DNA from: Oscillibacter sp. | Lineage (GTDB): Bacteria; Bacillota; Clostridia; Oscillospirales; Oscillospiraceae | DNA: 64,000 nt | Reading direction: 5' to 3' | Assembly (NCBI GenBank): GCA_003487665.1 | Contig: DNFA01000015.1 | Coordinates: 38,607 to 102,606, forward strand | Part shown: positions 45,278 to 53,982 of the stretch, in pieces | How positions within the stretch are numbered: the stretch's first letter is position 1 | Layout: each line of letters opens with the position of its first letter | Position numbers and translations under genes: made by a program | The notes under the pieces: model-generated | Database searches by the model: none | Seen by the model: the letters and a program-made list of their open reading frames with translations, nothing else | What the model was told of the DNA's origin: nothing

Positions 45278-45326
45278 TGCGAGTCATACCCTAACTCAAG
45301 GCGGATGCCTCCGCCATGAACCCTGA

Positions 45327-45917
45327 TTACTTCCGTGCGGACTGGGCTGCGGAGCAGGCGGACATCACCAGATTGTAGAGGCTCCTGTCCTCCTTTTCCT
45401 TTGCTTCCGAACGGAGCTTGTTGGCTCTGCCGCGGTCTCCCTTCAGCCACGCCATCGCCATATACTTGACGTCTGTGACTTTCTTGGTCCAGACGCCTGC
45501 CTTCTTCACGCTGATGATGCCTTCGTCCATACAGATCGTGATATACTCCAGCAGCAGTGAGCAGCCGTCCACCACTTCCTCGATCTTGTGGATTCTATCC
45601 TCATACGCCACCACGAAGTTCGTGTTGTTGGCGCGATGGATGTCCGTCAGGATCTTTTTCGCGGTTTCGCGCATATCCTCTCCATACATTCGGAAGGTAC
45701 TCTTTGTGAAGCCCTCCTTGTCCTTGGTGTCAAGGACGTGTACGACCTCTTGGCAGACCATCTTGACATCGCAGATGTCGTCGAGCTCGGCAACCCGTGT
45801 GATAATTGCTCGAACGTCGGCCTTGCTGATGTCGCCGGAGACAACTCTTGTCGCCTGCTTGGTGTACTTCAGAAGCTCCCTTGCTCTGTTGCCAAGCAGA
45901 AACTCCTTATCGGCCAT
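45327..45917 (-). CDS. avd: DGR accessory variability determinant (Avd-like four-helix bundle)
   Basis: Directly upstream of TR; helical; IHRAN..R..L.YI......I...AGVW..V..K.M..AW pattern. Confidence 0.8.
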   Translation of the reverse strand: MADKEFLLGNRARELLKYTKQATRVVSGDISKADVRAIITRVAELDDICDVKMVCQEVVHVLDTKDKEGFTKSTFRMYGEDMRETAKKILTDIHRANNTNFVVAYEDRIHKIEEVVDGCSLLLEYITICMDEGIISVKKAGVWTKKVTDVKYMAMAWLKGDRGRANKLRSEAKEKEDRSLYNLVMSACSAAQSARK

Positions 45918-46161
45918 GTCTGCACTTCCTTTCCAGGCATTGCCCGTTTAATACGGCAGCCAGATCTTCAGGCTCGCCGATGAAAATGCAGCAGTCGCTC
46001 TTGACGGTCAGCGTCCCATAATTTTGAGCGTGGGTCATGCCGCAGATGACAAGATCGGTGCTGCGTCTGAGGTCGCACGGCGGCGTGATCGCTGAGAACA
46101 AGTTCCCGATGATGCAGGAAATTTCATCAGCGGGGCGCGAGAAAATGATTTCCTCTGCCAT
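45907..46161 (-). CDS. Hypothetical protein
   Basis: TGATG coupling upstream; overlaps the avd start. Confidence 0.6.
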   Translation of the reverse strand: MAEEIIFSRPADEISCIIGNLFSAITPPCDLRRSTDLVICGMTHAQNYGTLTVKSDCCIFIGEPEDLAAVLNGQCLERKCRHGR

Positions 46162-46547
46162 CAGAACTCGATCCTGCCAAGCGATGCGTTCCATACGCCG
46201 GTCACGTTGACCGCACTCAGGTCGGTGAAGCCGACGCTGAACGGATTTTTCGTGATCTCCGTGCCGTACTTCAGCTCGATAGCCTTGACGGCTGCGTCAA
46301 CAGCCGCGATGGAAGCGCGGATGTCGCCATGCGCGGTTTCGTCCGTGTTGTGCGCCGCCACATCCTGATCGACGAGTTCGTCGGTCTGTTTCCTCGTGTA
46401 AGCATCAACGTCGGGGCGCTGAGATGCGGTCAGTTTGCCGTTCGCGTCCAGCGTTGCGAGCCCACTCGGCGTACCGACCTGTTCGTTGGTCAGATACTTG
46501 CTGTCATCGGTCTGAGCCTGACCGACATTTACGGTTCCATAAGCCAT
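46161..46547 (-). CDS. Tail fibre-associated protein
   Basis: GLATLDANGK and HNTDETAH.DIR fibre motifs. Confidence 0.65.
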   Translation of the reverse strand: MAYGTVNVGQAQTDDSKYLTNEQVGTPSGLATLDANGKLTASQRPDVDAYTRKQTDELVDQDVAAHNTDETAHGDIRASIAAVDAAVKAIELKYGTEITKNPFSVGFTDLSAVNVTGVWNASLGRIEF

Positions 46548-46556
46548 ATCGTCTGG

Positions 46557-46967
46557 TTACTCCTTTCCCTGATTCAGCCAGTATTCCGCGGAAATAGCGG
46601 CGGCCGGAGCGGTCTTCGCCCATACGCGGATCTTCCCCGCCAACGTCTGGTTGGTCGGAGACATCCCGCAGGCGATAGCCGCTGCCTGACTGTTCGGCGC
46701 AATGGCAATGTCAACACGGTCTTTCGCCGTGATTCCCGCCACAACGATGTCGCAATAACTCGGATAATCTTCCGAGTTCTCGTCGATTCCCCAGCCGGTA
46801 GTCGGAATCGTGATTGCCTTCGTGTTCTGCTTGTCGGCCTTCACGTCCTCCATTTCCTGCATCGCTTCCGTCACGGTCTGCGCCAGATTGGCTACCAGAC
46901 CGTTCGTAAAGCTCTTCGCCGCTTCCGCACAGGCTTTCAGATGTTTCAGGTATGTCAATTTACCCAT
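46557..46967 (-). CDS. Tail fibre-associated protein
   Basis: Shares the ITIP.TGW..QTLAG..R.WAK domain with 49985-51019. Confidence 0.65.
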   Translation of the reverse strand: MGKLTYLKHLKACAEAAKSFTNGLVANLAQTVTEAMQEMEDVKADKQNTKAITIPTTGWGIDENSEDYPSYCDIVVAGITAKDRVDIAIAPNSQAAAIACGMSPTNQTLAGKIRVWAKTAPAAAISAEYWLNQGKE

Positions 46968-46996
46968 GCGTTACTACCTCCAAGATGGATAATCAC

Positions 46997-47021
46997 GGGG
47001 CGAGGGTTTTGCCCTCGCCCC
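46997..47021. terminator. Strong intergenic hairpin (terminator or RNA-stability element)
   Basis: GGGGCGAGGG/CCCTCGCCCC. Confidence 0.55.
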
Positions 47022-47046
47022 TTTTCAGTCTACGCTGTGATTACGC

Positions 47047-48126
47047 TCAGACGGTGGCGGCAAAGACCTCGTTCAGCATCTCAGTCACCTCAGTGTCGGT
47101 AGCGATAGCGCCATGCACGACATCAGAGGGTTCAGTGTAAACCTTGGTATCAACGCCGTTGATCTTGACGTTGCCGTTGGTCTCGGACGCCTCGACCTTG
47201 GTGGCACCCTCAGCCACGCCGCCGAGCTTGGTGCCCTCGGCGTCGGTCATCAGACGCTTGCCAGCCTCAGCGGCAACGAAGTCAGCCGCCTTCTTGCCGG
47301 AGTCCTTGAGGTTGCCGTCAGCGTCCAGAGCAGCGAAGTTGCCGTTGGTTGCCTTGGCGACCTTGTCGGCCTTCTTACCCAGACCGGTGTTGACATCGCT
47401 CGTCTTGGCGTAATCGGCCAGAGCGGTGTTGATGGCAGCAGTGACCTCGGTGGTCTTGGCGTAGTCGCCGATGCTCAGAGCGGCAATCGCCTCGGCGATG
47501 TAACCGACGACATCGGTAGCGGTAGCGCCTTCGGGCAGAGTACCGACATACTTCTTCAGGTTGGCGATGGCGGTCTTATTCTCAGAGATACCCTTCGTCA
47601 GCTTGGTCGCCTCAGCGCCGTGGGTGGCAGCCCAGTCGATCAACTCCTTGTAAGAGTTGACGACACCGTCATCGCTGACCTTGGTGGAGAAGTCATTGAA
47701 GGCGTCGTCGATCATCTTCTTGATGGAGCCTTCGCCCTCACCGGTCAGGGTGTCGAGATCGGCCTGCTTCGCCTTGGCGTCGATGGCATCTTTCAGAGCC
47801 TTCGCCAGCTCAGTCTCGGAAACCTCGGCCTTGTAAGCCAGAGCAGCCAGACCGTGAACGGGGACATCAACACCGTTGGCGGCGATGGTGCCGTTGGTCT
47901 TGCCCTCAGCGATCAGGATGTCGGCAATCTTCTCAGTCAGAGCCAGCAGGGTGCCGTTGACCTTGATGCCGGTCAGGACGTTGGGCTCGCCGCCAGCAGT
48001 GACGAGTTCGTCAACGCGACCGGACAGGGCGGTCAGTTCGGATTTCAGAGCGTAGTCGCTCTTTACCTTCTCAGCCAGAGCTTTGAGGGCTGCCAGTTTT
48101 ACCAGATGGGTGTTGTCGTAAGCCAT
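47047..48126 (-). CDS. Fibre/whisker-like structural protein
   Basis: Ala/Thr/Lys-rich; KADKV..ATNGNFAALDADGNLKDSG motif. Confidence 0.7.
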   Translation of the reverse strand: MAYDNTHLVKLAALKALAEKVKSDYALKSELTALSGRVDELVTAGGEPNVLTGIKVNGTLLALTEKIADILIAEGKTNGTIAANGVDVPVHGLAALAYKAEVSETELAKALKDAIDAKAKQADLDTLTGEGEGSIKKMIDDAFNDFSTKVSDDGVVNSYKELIDWAATHGAEATKLTKGISENKTAIANLKKYVGTLPEGATATDVVGYIAEAIAALSIGDYAKTTEVTAAINTALADYAKTSDVNTGLGKKADKVAKATNGNFAALDADGNLKDSGKKAADFVAAEAGKRLMTDAEGTKLGGVAEGATKVEASETNGNVKINGVDTKVYTEPSDVVHGAIATDTEVTEMLNEVFAATV

Positions 48127-48173
48127 TGCGTTTTCCTCCTAATGATGATTAAAAATATTTGTTCACCGCAGCA

Positions 48174-48485
48174 TCAGTTCCCGGTTGCCCCAGAATTGAA
48201 CACTTCGTTAAACATCTCTGCTACTTCCTCGTCGGTCGCAGGCGTACCGCCGAGGGGTTCCAGCTCACCGGCCGCGTTCTTGATCTGATACGGCGTGGAC
48301 ACGCCATCCACGACGACAGAGAGTTTCTGGCCGACGTAAGCTGTGGGGTTGGTCTGCGCGTACTCCTGAGCTGCCTCAAGAGAGGGCCAGATCTCGGTGG
48401 GGTCGATGCTGAACGCATCCTGCCGCTTGATCGTCAGCGGGAACTCCATCTTGGCGTAGCTATTCTGGGTGTTAATGACTGCCAT
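48174..48485 (-). CDS. Small fibre-associated protein
   Basis: AYVGQ motif; conserved C-terminal motif. Confidence 0.65.
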   Translation of the reverse strand: MAVINTQNSYAKMEFPLTIKRQDAFSIDPTEIWPSLEAAQEYAQTNPTAYVGQKLSVVVDGVSTPYQIKNAAGELEPLGGTPATDEEVAEMFNEVFNSGATGN

Positions 48486-48501
48486 ATTTCATTCCCTCCT
48501 C

Positions 48502-49950
48502 TCAACCGAGCGTGACTTTCAGGACGGCAGCGTTCTCGTACGGAACGGCCGGCTCGAAAACCCACACATTGTAGTCCTTCGCGGTGTAACCGTTGGCGCC
48601 TTCGACGGCGACCGTCTTCTTGGTGAAGGTATCGGTCACATCGGCATTCAGCGCAGTCTCGTTGATAACCTTTTTTACACCGGTCTTGCCAGCGATGCAG
48701 GCGATCACAACGCGATTCGCGCCAGCGGGAACGTTGACGGTAATGACGCCAGGAGCGTATGCCTTGCCGGACTTGGTCAGGCCGCGGATGTACGCGCTGT
48801 CCAGAGCCGGCTTCTCGGCGGTTGCGCCGAAGAAGTAGTTACGGAACGGCGTGTACGCAGCGGAGTCCTTCGTCTTAGACCCAGCCGCAATCGCAACAGC
48901 GGGGTTGGACGCGCCGCCGAGGTTGTCCTCGGCCTGCACACCGGCGCCGTGCGTCGCGGTCACGCGGTACTTCAGGCTTGCCACAGCGTTAGCGCCGCCA
49001 GCGTCGCCGATGATGAAGCCGTTGCCGCCGTTGTTGTCGCTGCCAGCAGGCAGGGACGTGGCGTCCACGGATGCCACCTGCTCAGCGCCGCCGTCAGTGA
49101 TACGCTCAACCTTCCAGTTGGACGCCACAACGCCAGTACCAGTCTTAGGACCGTACTTGTAGGAACCGGGGTTCAGGGACGCGGCCAGATAGGACGCAGT
49201 CGCAACCGGAGTACCAGCTTCCACTGCACCCGCACCGCTCAGGCCGAAGCCGTTGATGGACGGGTTCGCCGTGATGGTCGGCTGAAGGGTCTTCGAGGTC
49301 ATGTCTTTCAGGATCGCCGCGACGGACTTGCCGGACACTTCCTTTGTGGCCGTGCCGTTCTTGTCCTTCGTCCAGTTGCCGATGCGGTCGTAATCGCCCG
49401 CCAGCATCAGGTTCTCGCGCATGATGACCTTGTCGGCGTCCACGTTGCCGGTCATCGCTTCCCACGCCGTACCGGTGTACTGGTACGCAGACTTCTCGTA
49501 CTCCTTGCCGCCGACGGTGGTGGTCACGACGAACACATCGCCCGCCTTCGGGGTAATGTCGGTGTGCGCCGCGAAGTACGCCTCGATGACGCTGCTGTCG
49601 GATGCGGACAGGTCGGACTTCGTGCCCTCATAGAGTGCGCCGCCGCCCAGACCAGCCAGAGCCGTTGCCAGCTCTTCGTCGGTCACGCAACCGTCGAGAT
49701 TGACCGTGGTGTCATCCAGCAGTTCCACCGCGCCGTCTACCAGAGCGTAGATGTCGTAGTGGTTGGTCTCGGTGTTCTTAACAAGGTACAGGATATTCTC
49801 CTGTGCCTCCTCCGCGGTCGGGATAGCTTCGGCCTTCTGGAACGAAGCGTGACCCGCCTTGGAGATAGCCGCCAGATACTCTTTCTTGATACGGGTAGCC
49901 GTGTCTTTCAGAGCCTGAAGGCTTGCGAGTTTAGAGGTGTCGTATGCCAT
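48502..49950 (-). CDS. Fibre-associated structural protein
   Basis: Beta-rich, located in the fibre cluster. Confidence 0.7.
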   Translation of the reverse strand: MAYDTSKLASLQALKDTATRIKKEYLAAISKAGHASFQKAEAIPTAEEAQENILYLVKNTETNHYDIYALVDGAVELLDDTTVNLDGCVTDEELATALAGLGGGALYEGTKSDLSASDSSVIEAYFAAHTDITPKAGDVFVVTTTVGGKEYEKSAYQYTGTAWEAMTGNVDADKVIMRENLMLAGDYDRIGNWTKDKNGTATKEVSGKSVAAILKDMTSKTLQPTITANPSINGFGLSGAGAVEAGTPVATASYLAASLNPGSYKYGPKTGTGVVASNWKVERITDGGAEQVASVDATSLPAGSDNNGGNGFIIGDAGGANAVASLKYRVTATHGAGVQAEDNLGGASNPAVAIAAGSKTKDSAAYTPFRNYFFGATAEKPALDSAYIRGLTKSGKAYAPGVITVNVPAGANRVVIACIAGKTGVKKVINETALNADVTDTFTKKTVAVEGANGYTAKDYNVWVFEPAVPYENAAVLKVTLG

Positions 49951-49984
49951 TTAATCGCTCCTCTCAATGGTCTTTGCCGGTAGC

Positions 49985-51019
49985 TTAGGGGTTCTCGTCC
50001 TCAGAGGGGAAGACTTCGTCCAGCATGGATTCCGTGTCTTCGGTGGAGGCCATGTCGTCGGGGCTGACGCCGCTGGTCGATGCGGTGATCGTGCCGTCCG
50101 CTGCCACAGAGATACCTTTGCCGATCTTTACGCCGCCGAGCCGCGTTGCCGTAGCCACGGGCAGCACATAGGTCGATCCTCCGCCTCCCCCGCTGCTGCT
50201 GGCGCCGGGAGATACGAGGGCGATGGTCGCCTCCATATCCTCGTCGGGACTTCTCTTTGCCCAGAAGCGCAGCGCACCGGCAAGGGTCTGCACCGTTGGG
50301 CAAAGGCCAGCGTTTTTCGCGGTCTCAAGGGCCGCTTTATGCAGAGCGACGTTCGGGAACTGTGTTTCCGCAGCCTCCGTCACGGGAACATCGACGTAGT
50401 AGCGATACTCGTCCATGTCCCACGCGCCCTGTTCACCAGGATTCTCCTCCTGCCATGTCCAGCCGGTGTGGGGAATCGTGATGTCTTTGATGATTGCGGT
50501 GCCGACACCGCTGATCGCCTCCTGAACCATCGTCCGCACCAGCTCCTCAGCCTCAGCGGACGTGATGAACGCGCCGGGGTTGTAGGTAATCTGGACGTCG
50601 GCATCCAGCTCAAGGGCAATCGAAATGGGATAGCGCCGAATGTCAATGCGGTTGTCCTTGTAGGCATTGACCGGCTGCGGGCTGTCGCCCAGCGTTGCGT
50701 AGTAGAGCAGGATCTCTTCGGTGTCCTCGGTCTTGGCGAATACGCCAAACTCGCGGAGCCAGAAGCCCTCCTGCAAACCGCCATTCAGGTCGTTGCGGTA
50801 TTCGACCACCATGCTCAGTACGCCGTTCTCCACAGTCGGGACGGACGAAACGCCCTCCGCAACCGGAGTGACCAGCGCGACCATGTCGATAGGCTCAACG
50901 CCTTCCGGCATGGCACCAGAGCCGACCATGATGCGGGTGAACTCAATCGTCTTCCCGGCCATGAGGCTCGTAATGAGATTGCGGCCGGCGACTGTTACGG
51001 TTCCGCCATAGTAGCTCAT
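49985..51019 (-). CDS. Proximal tail fibre (baseplate-attached, tail-collar type)
   Basis: T.AGRNL..FTRI.VGSG, GFWLREFGVFA..LLYY; follows the baseplate genes. Confidence 0.8.
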   Translation of the reverse strand: MSYYGGTVTVAGRNLITSLMAGKTIEFTRIMVGSGAMPEGVEPIDMVALVTPVAEGVSSVPTVENGVLSMVVEYRNDLNGGLQEGFWLREFGVFAKTEDTEEILLYYATLGDSPQPVNAYKDNRIDIRRYPISIALELDADVQITYNPGAFITSAEAEELVRTMVQEAISGVGTAIIKDITIPHTGWTWQEENPGEQGAWDMDEYRYYVDVPVTEAAETQFPNVALHKAALETAKNAGLCPTVQTLAGALRFWAKRSPDEDMEATIALVSPGASSSGGGGGSTYVLPVATATRLGGVKIGKGISVAADGTITASTSGVSPDDMASTEDTESMLDEVFPSEDENP

Positions 51020-52014
51020 TTCTGTGTTCCTCCTTCAATCGTTTTGTTGGACTCTGCTTTCGGGGCGCTCCTGCCCTCTGCCGTGCTTTCTCGCTTCAAG
51101 CGATCCGCGACGGCTCGGAGGTTTTGGAGTTTCGTGCGCTTCGCAGCAGACCGTTGCGGTGAGGCCATCTTCCCCGACTTCATCACCATGTCGGTGATTC
51201 TCGTCTCCATGACGCTCTGAACCGCGCTTCCAGCGCAAACAGAGGTGTCATAGGACACTTCGCGCTCCTGATTGGGCAGCGTGCTCTCCAAGACCGCCTG
51301 CAGACCGGCGCCCAGATGGAGTTTGAAGCCAAACTTATAGTCTCGCTCGACGCCGGGGAGCGTGTCCTCGGCGATGGTCGAATACCCGCCCCTGACGTAC
51401 ACATGGGCGCGGTAATCAATATCGCGTTCGAGGATGGGCAGCAGCGTTTCCGTGATGGCAAAGCCGAGGCCGCTCAGAATGTAGAGCTTTGCCGTCTCCA
51501 TCTCGGTCTTCGTCCGAGCGTAGAGCTTCAAGGTAACGCCAGCGGCGCGGAGCAGCGGCGTGGTGAACAGCGGCGTCGTATCGACGGTGCCATCCATTTC
51601 GCCGGTATCAAAAATCATCGTCGCGGGTTCTGCAGGATCTTCCTTGTAGTACAGAGGCCGATCCCAGAACATCCGAAACGCCTTGATGATGTCCGGGTAG
51701 GTGCAATCGCAGGTGTTTTTCAGGATTTTGTAAATCAGATACCGACGGTAGGTTTCGTCGTCGATGACCTCGAACGGGATCGGGTCGCCAGCGAGCTTGC
51801 CGGCCTCCATTCTGGTCATCACGACGATGTCGCCGACACCGTCCAGTTGCTTGCCAACGGCTGTATGTACTCCCCTGTCCTGCCGAAGCTGGTCGTAGAA
51901 GTCATACACCTGCTGAAGCTGGGCGCCTATGACTTCCATGAGCGCCTCGATATTGGCCTTGCCTCGGAACTGCTCGACAAGGTCGTTTTTCAGGGTCGCT
52001 ACATAATCAGCCAT
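51016..52014 (-). CDS. Baseplate wedge protein (DUF2612-like)
   Basis: TAVGKQLDGVGDIV..DDETYRRYL..KI. Confidence 0.8.
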   Translation of the reverse strand: MADYVATLKNDLVEQFRGKANIEALMEVIGAQLQQVYDFYDQLRQDRGVHTAVGKQLDGVGDIVVMTRMEAGKLAGDPIPFEVIDDETYRRYLIYKILKNTCDCTYPDIIKAFRMFWDRPLYYKEDPAEPATMIFDTGEMDGTVDTTPLFTTPLLRAAGVTLKLYARTKTEMETAKLYILSGLGFAITETLLPILERDIDYRAHVYVRGGYSTIAEDTLPGVERDYKFGFKLHLGAGLQAVLESTLPNQEREVSYDTSVCAGSAVQSVMETRITDMVMKSGKMASPQRSAAKRTKLQNLRAVADRLKRESTAEGRSAPKAESNKTIEGGTQK

Positions 52015-53512
52015 CAATCTCCACCTCGATCATCTCCTCCTTGGTGTAGGCCCGCTGACGCGCCGTAATGTTCTTACTGCGGTCGGGGTACTTGGAGGGT
52101 TTTTCATCGGAGGCGTCCGCCGAAGCGTAAAGCTGAATGTCGATATAGCTGATGCCAGAGCAGGCTTTGTAAAGCTGGCTCATGAACTGCTGCGGAACGA
52201 CATCCTTGCCAGCATCCAGAGCGTCCATGTTCTCCAGAACGACCTCTCTCAGCAGGTCAACGTAGTTCGGCGGCAAAGCCTCGGAGCGGTTGAGCGTGAT
52301 GCCCAGGCGGAACCATGTGTAAATCGTCGTCGGCCGATTGAACCGGATCGTGATTTCCTCGTCGTACTCACCGGGCAGAACCACGACGGTCTCGCCGACC
52401 GTGTTGATGCCGCCCGCTTTGTTGGCGAGGATCTGCTGCGCGATTTCCTTCGAGTCGCCGCCATCTACCACGATCTCGACGCTGTGCGGCGGACGGACGA
52501 TGTCGCCTGCAGGCGTTTCGGTCACATCCTTCACGTCCAGATAGGTGCCGTCCACATACCATTGGTGCGTTGCGTTCTCATACGGGGCGACGCTGCGGAC
52601 GCCCTGCACGTTCAGCAGGATTGCGGAGCGGATGCTCTCAAGCATATTGCTCGAACGGTTGAAGATTTTGTCCACGTAGGACTGGCGGAACTCAACGTCC
52701 GTCTCTTCGTCACGGCCCGCGATGTAGCCGCAGAGGTTCTCGACGGCCAGCAGGCCAGCGTCGGCGTTGACGATGTTCGTAATGACCCCGCCAGGAATCA
52801 GGATGTCGCCGTTCTCTTCGGTGCCGAAGGTGATGATCGACGTCACCGTCTCCGTGGTCAGGTTCTCGGAGAGAATCAGCACATTGTTTGAGGCGATGTC
52901 TGCCGCCTCGATGTTCAGGAACTCATTCGTCTCGTCCACGGAGGCCGTGAACTTCTCGTCGGTGATGGCCGCCGCGATGCCTTTCAGCACCGTGAGCGTG
53001 TCCGCCGCCGTCGGGCTATAAGAAAACACCGCGCCATTGATGGCTACGGTGTAAACACTCTCTGTTCCGAGGGACGCGATTTTGATGCAGGCACGATTGA
53101 ACGACGTACGGCTGATTTCTCTCGTGTCCGTGATACTCAGATAGGTTGTCGGGTTCGTCGCGGAGGAAATCCTCGTACCGGCGGCCAGCTTCGTGCCGTC
53201 CTTGCCCGTACAATGAATCGGGTAATACGACTTCGCTGCGGCCTCACGGGTGGAGCCGCCGTACTGCGCGGCGTTGTCGAGGCTTCGGCCCTCTGCAGTG
53301 GCCGGGTACTGTGAGAAGTACACCGCTTCGCCAAACTCCCAGAGGTCGGCGATGGCGTCGGCCACATTCGTCAGCAGATGGTTCAGCAGGGACTCAGGGT
53401 TCTGGCGCGTGTTCACGCCCCATTTCTCCGACAGCCCCGAGTGCATTTCTTCCAGAATGACATCCAGCCGCTTGATATTCGGCCCCTGCGGGGTCAGGCC
53501 ATAATCAGCCAT
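52007..53512 (-). CDS. Baseplate J/gp47-like protein
   Basis: TAEG.SLD, GRDEETDVEFR, PPHSVEIVVDGG, KAGGI.T.G. Confidence 0.9.
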   Translation of the reverse strand: MADYGLTPQGPNIKRLDVILEEMHSGLSEKWGVNTRQNPESLLNHLLTNVADAIADLWEFGEAVYFSQYPATAEGRSLDNAAQYGGSTREAAAKSYYPIHCTGKDGTKLAAGTRISSATNPTTYLSITDTREISRTSFNRACIKIASLGTESVYTVAINGAVFSYSPTAADTLTVLKGIAAAITDEKFTASVDETNEFLNIEAADIASNNVLILSENLTTETVTSIITFGTEENGDILIPGGVITNIVNADAGLLAVENLCGYIAGRDEETDVEFRQSYVDKIFNRSSNMLESIRSAILLNVQGVRSVAPYENATHQWYVDGTYLDVKDVTETPAGDIVRPPHSVEIVVDGGDSKEIAQQILANKAGGINTVGETVVVLPGEYDEEITIRFNRPTTIYTWFRLGITLNRSEALPPNYVDLLREVVLENMDALDAGKDVVPQQFMSQLYKACSGISYIDIQLYASADASDEKPSKYPDRSKNITARQRAYTKEEMIEVEIDG

Positions 53513-53858
53513 ACAGCGTTACCTCCTCTCTAAACGTGTCCTCTCCCACGGTGGCGGTGTATCGGAACGTCGCCATCCGCTTCGCCGGGTTGTAATCGAC
53601 CGACGTGACCGTCGCCGCCTTGACCTCCTTCACTTTCAGGATCTCGTCTCTCACGAGCGTTTTAATCTTGATGGTGTTCGGGTTCTTGATGAACACTTCC
53701 TCGAACCATGGGAAGCCCAGCTCAGGGCCGAGCCGCCACTCGTCATAAATCCAGCGCAGCCGAATCATTACGGCCTGTCTGACGCTCTCCGTCGTGGAGA
53801 TGTCGCCATTCTTGGAGATGGCAATATCGCCGTCCTCATTCAGTCTGATGTCTAACAC
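53505..53858 (-). CDS. Baseplate W/gp25-like protein
   Basis: Q.V.IRL..EW.L..G.PW; GGAGG RBS. Confidence 0.75.
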   Translation of the reverse strand: MLDIRLNEDGDIAISKNGDISTTESVRQAVMIRLRWIYDEWRLGPELGFPWFEEVFIKNPNTIKIKTLVRDEILKVKEVKAATVTSVDYNPAKRMATFRYTATVGEDTFREEVTLYG

Positions 53859-53879
53859 GGTGAATACCCCCTCCCAGAA

Positions 53880-53982
53880 GTAGTCTGGAATCGCCAGAAA
53901 TCACCCAGACGGTGTCGTAGCGCCTCATGGGTGTAGATTGTTGCTTTTGCCTGAAAGCTCGTAGCGAACTTCTACGGGCCTA
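53880..53982. repeat. Dispersed hairpin element, divergent copy E
   Basis: Reverse complement of GCCCGTAGAAG; CGTAGCG twice; CTGGAATCGC shared with copy C. Confidence 0.35.

Noticed and set aside
45095..45450. ORFs overlapping TR
   Set aside because: By-products of the AAC-rich template repeat
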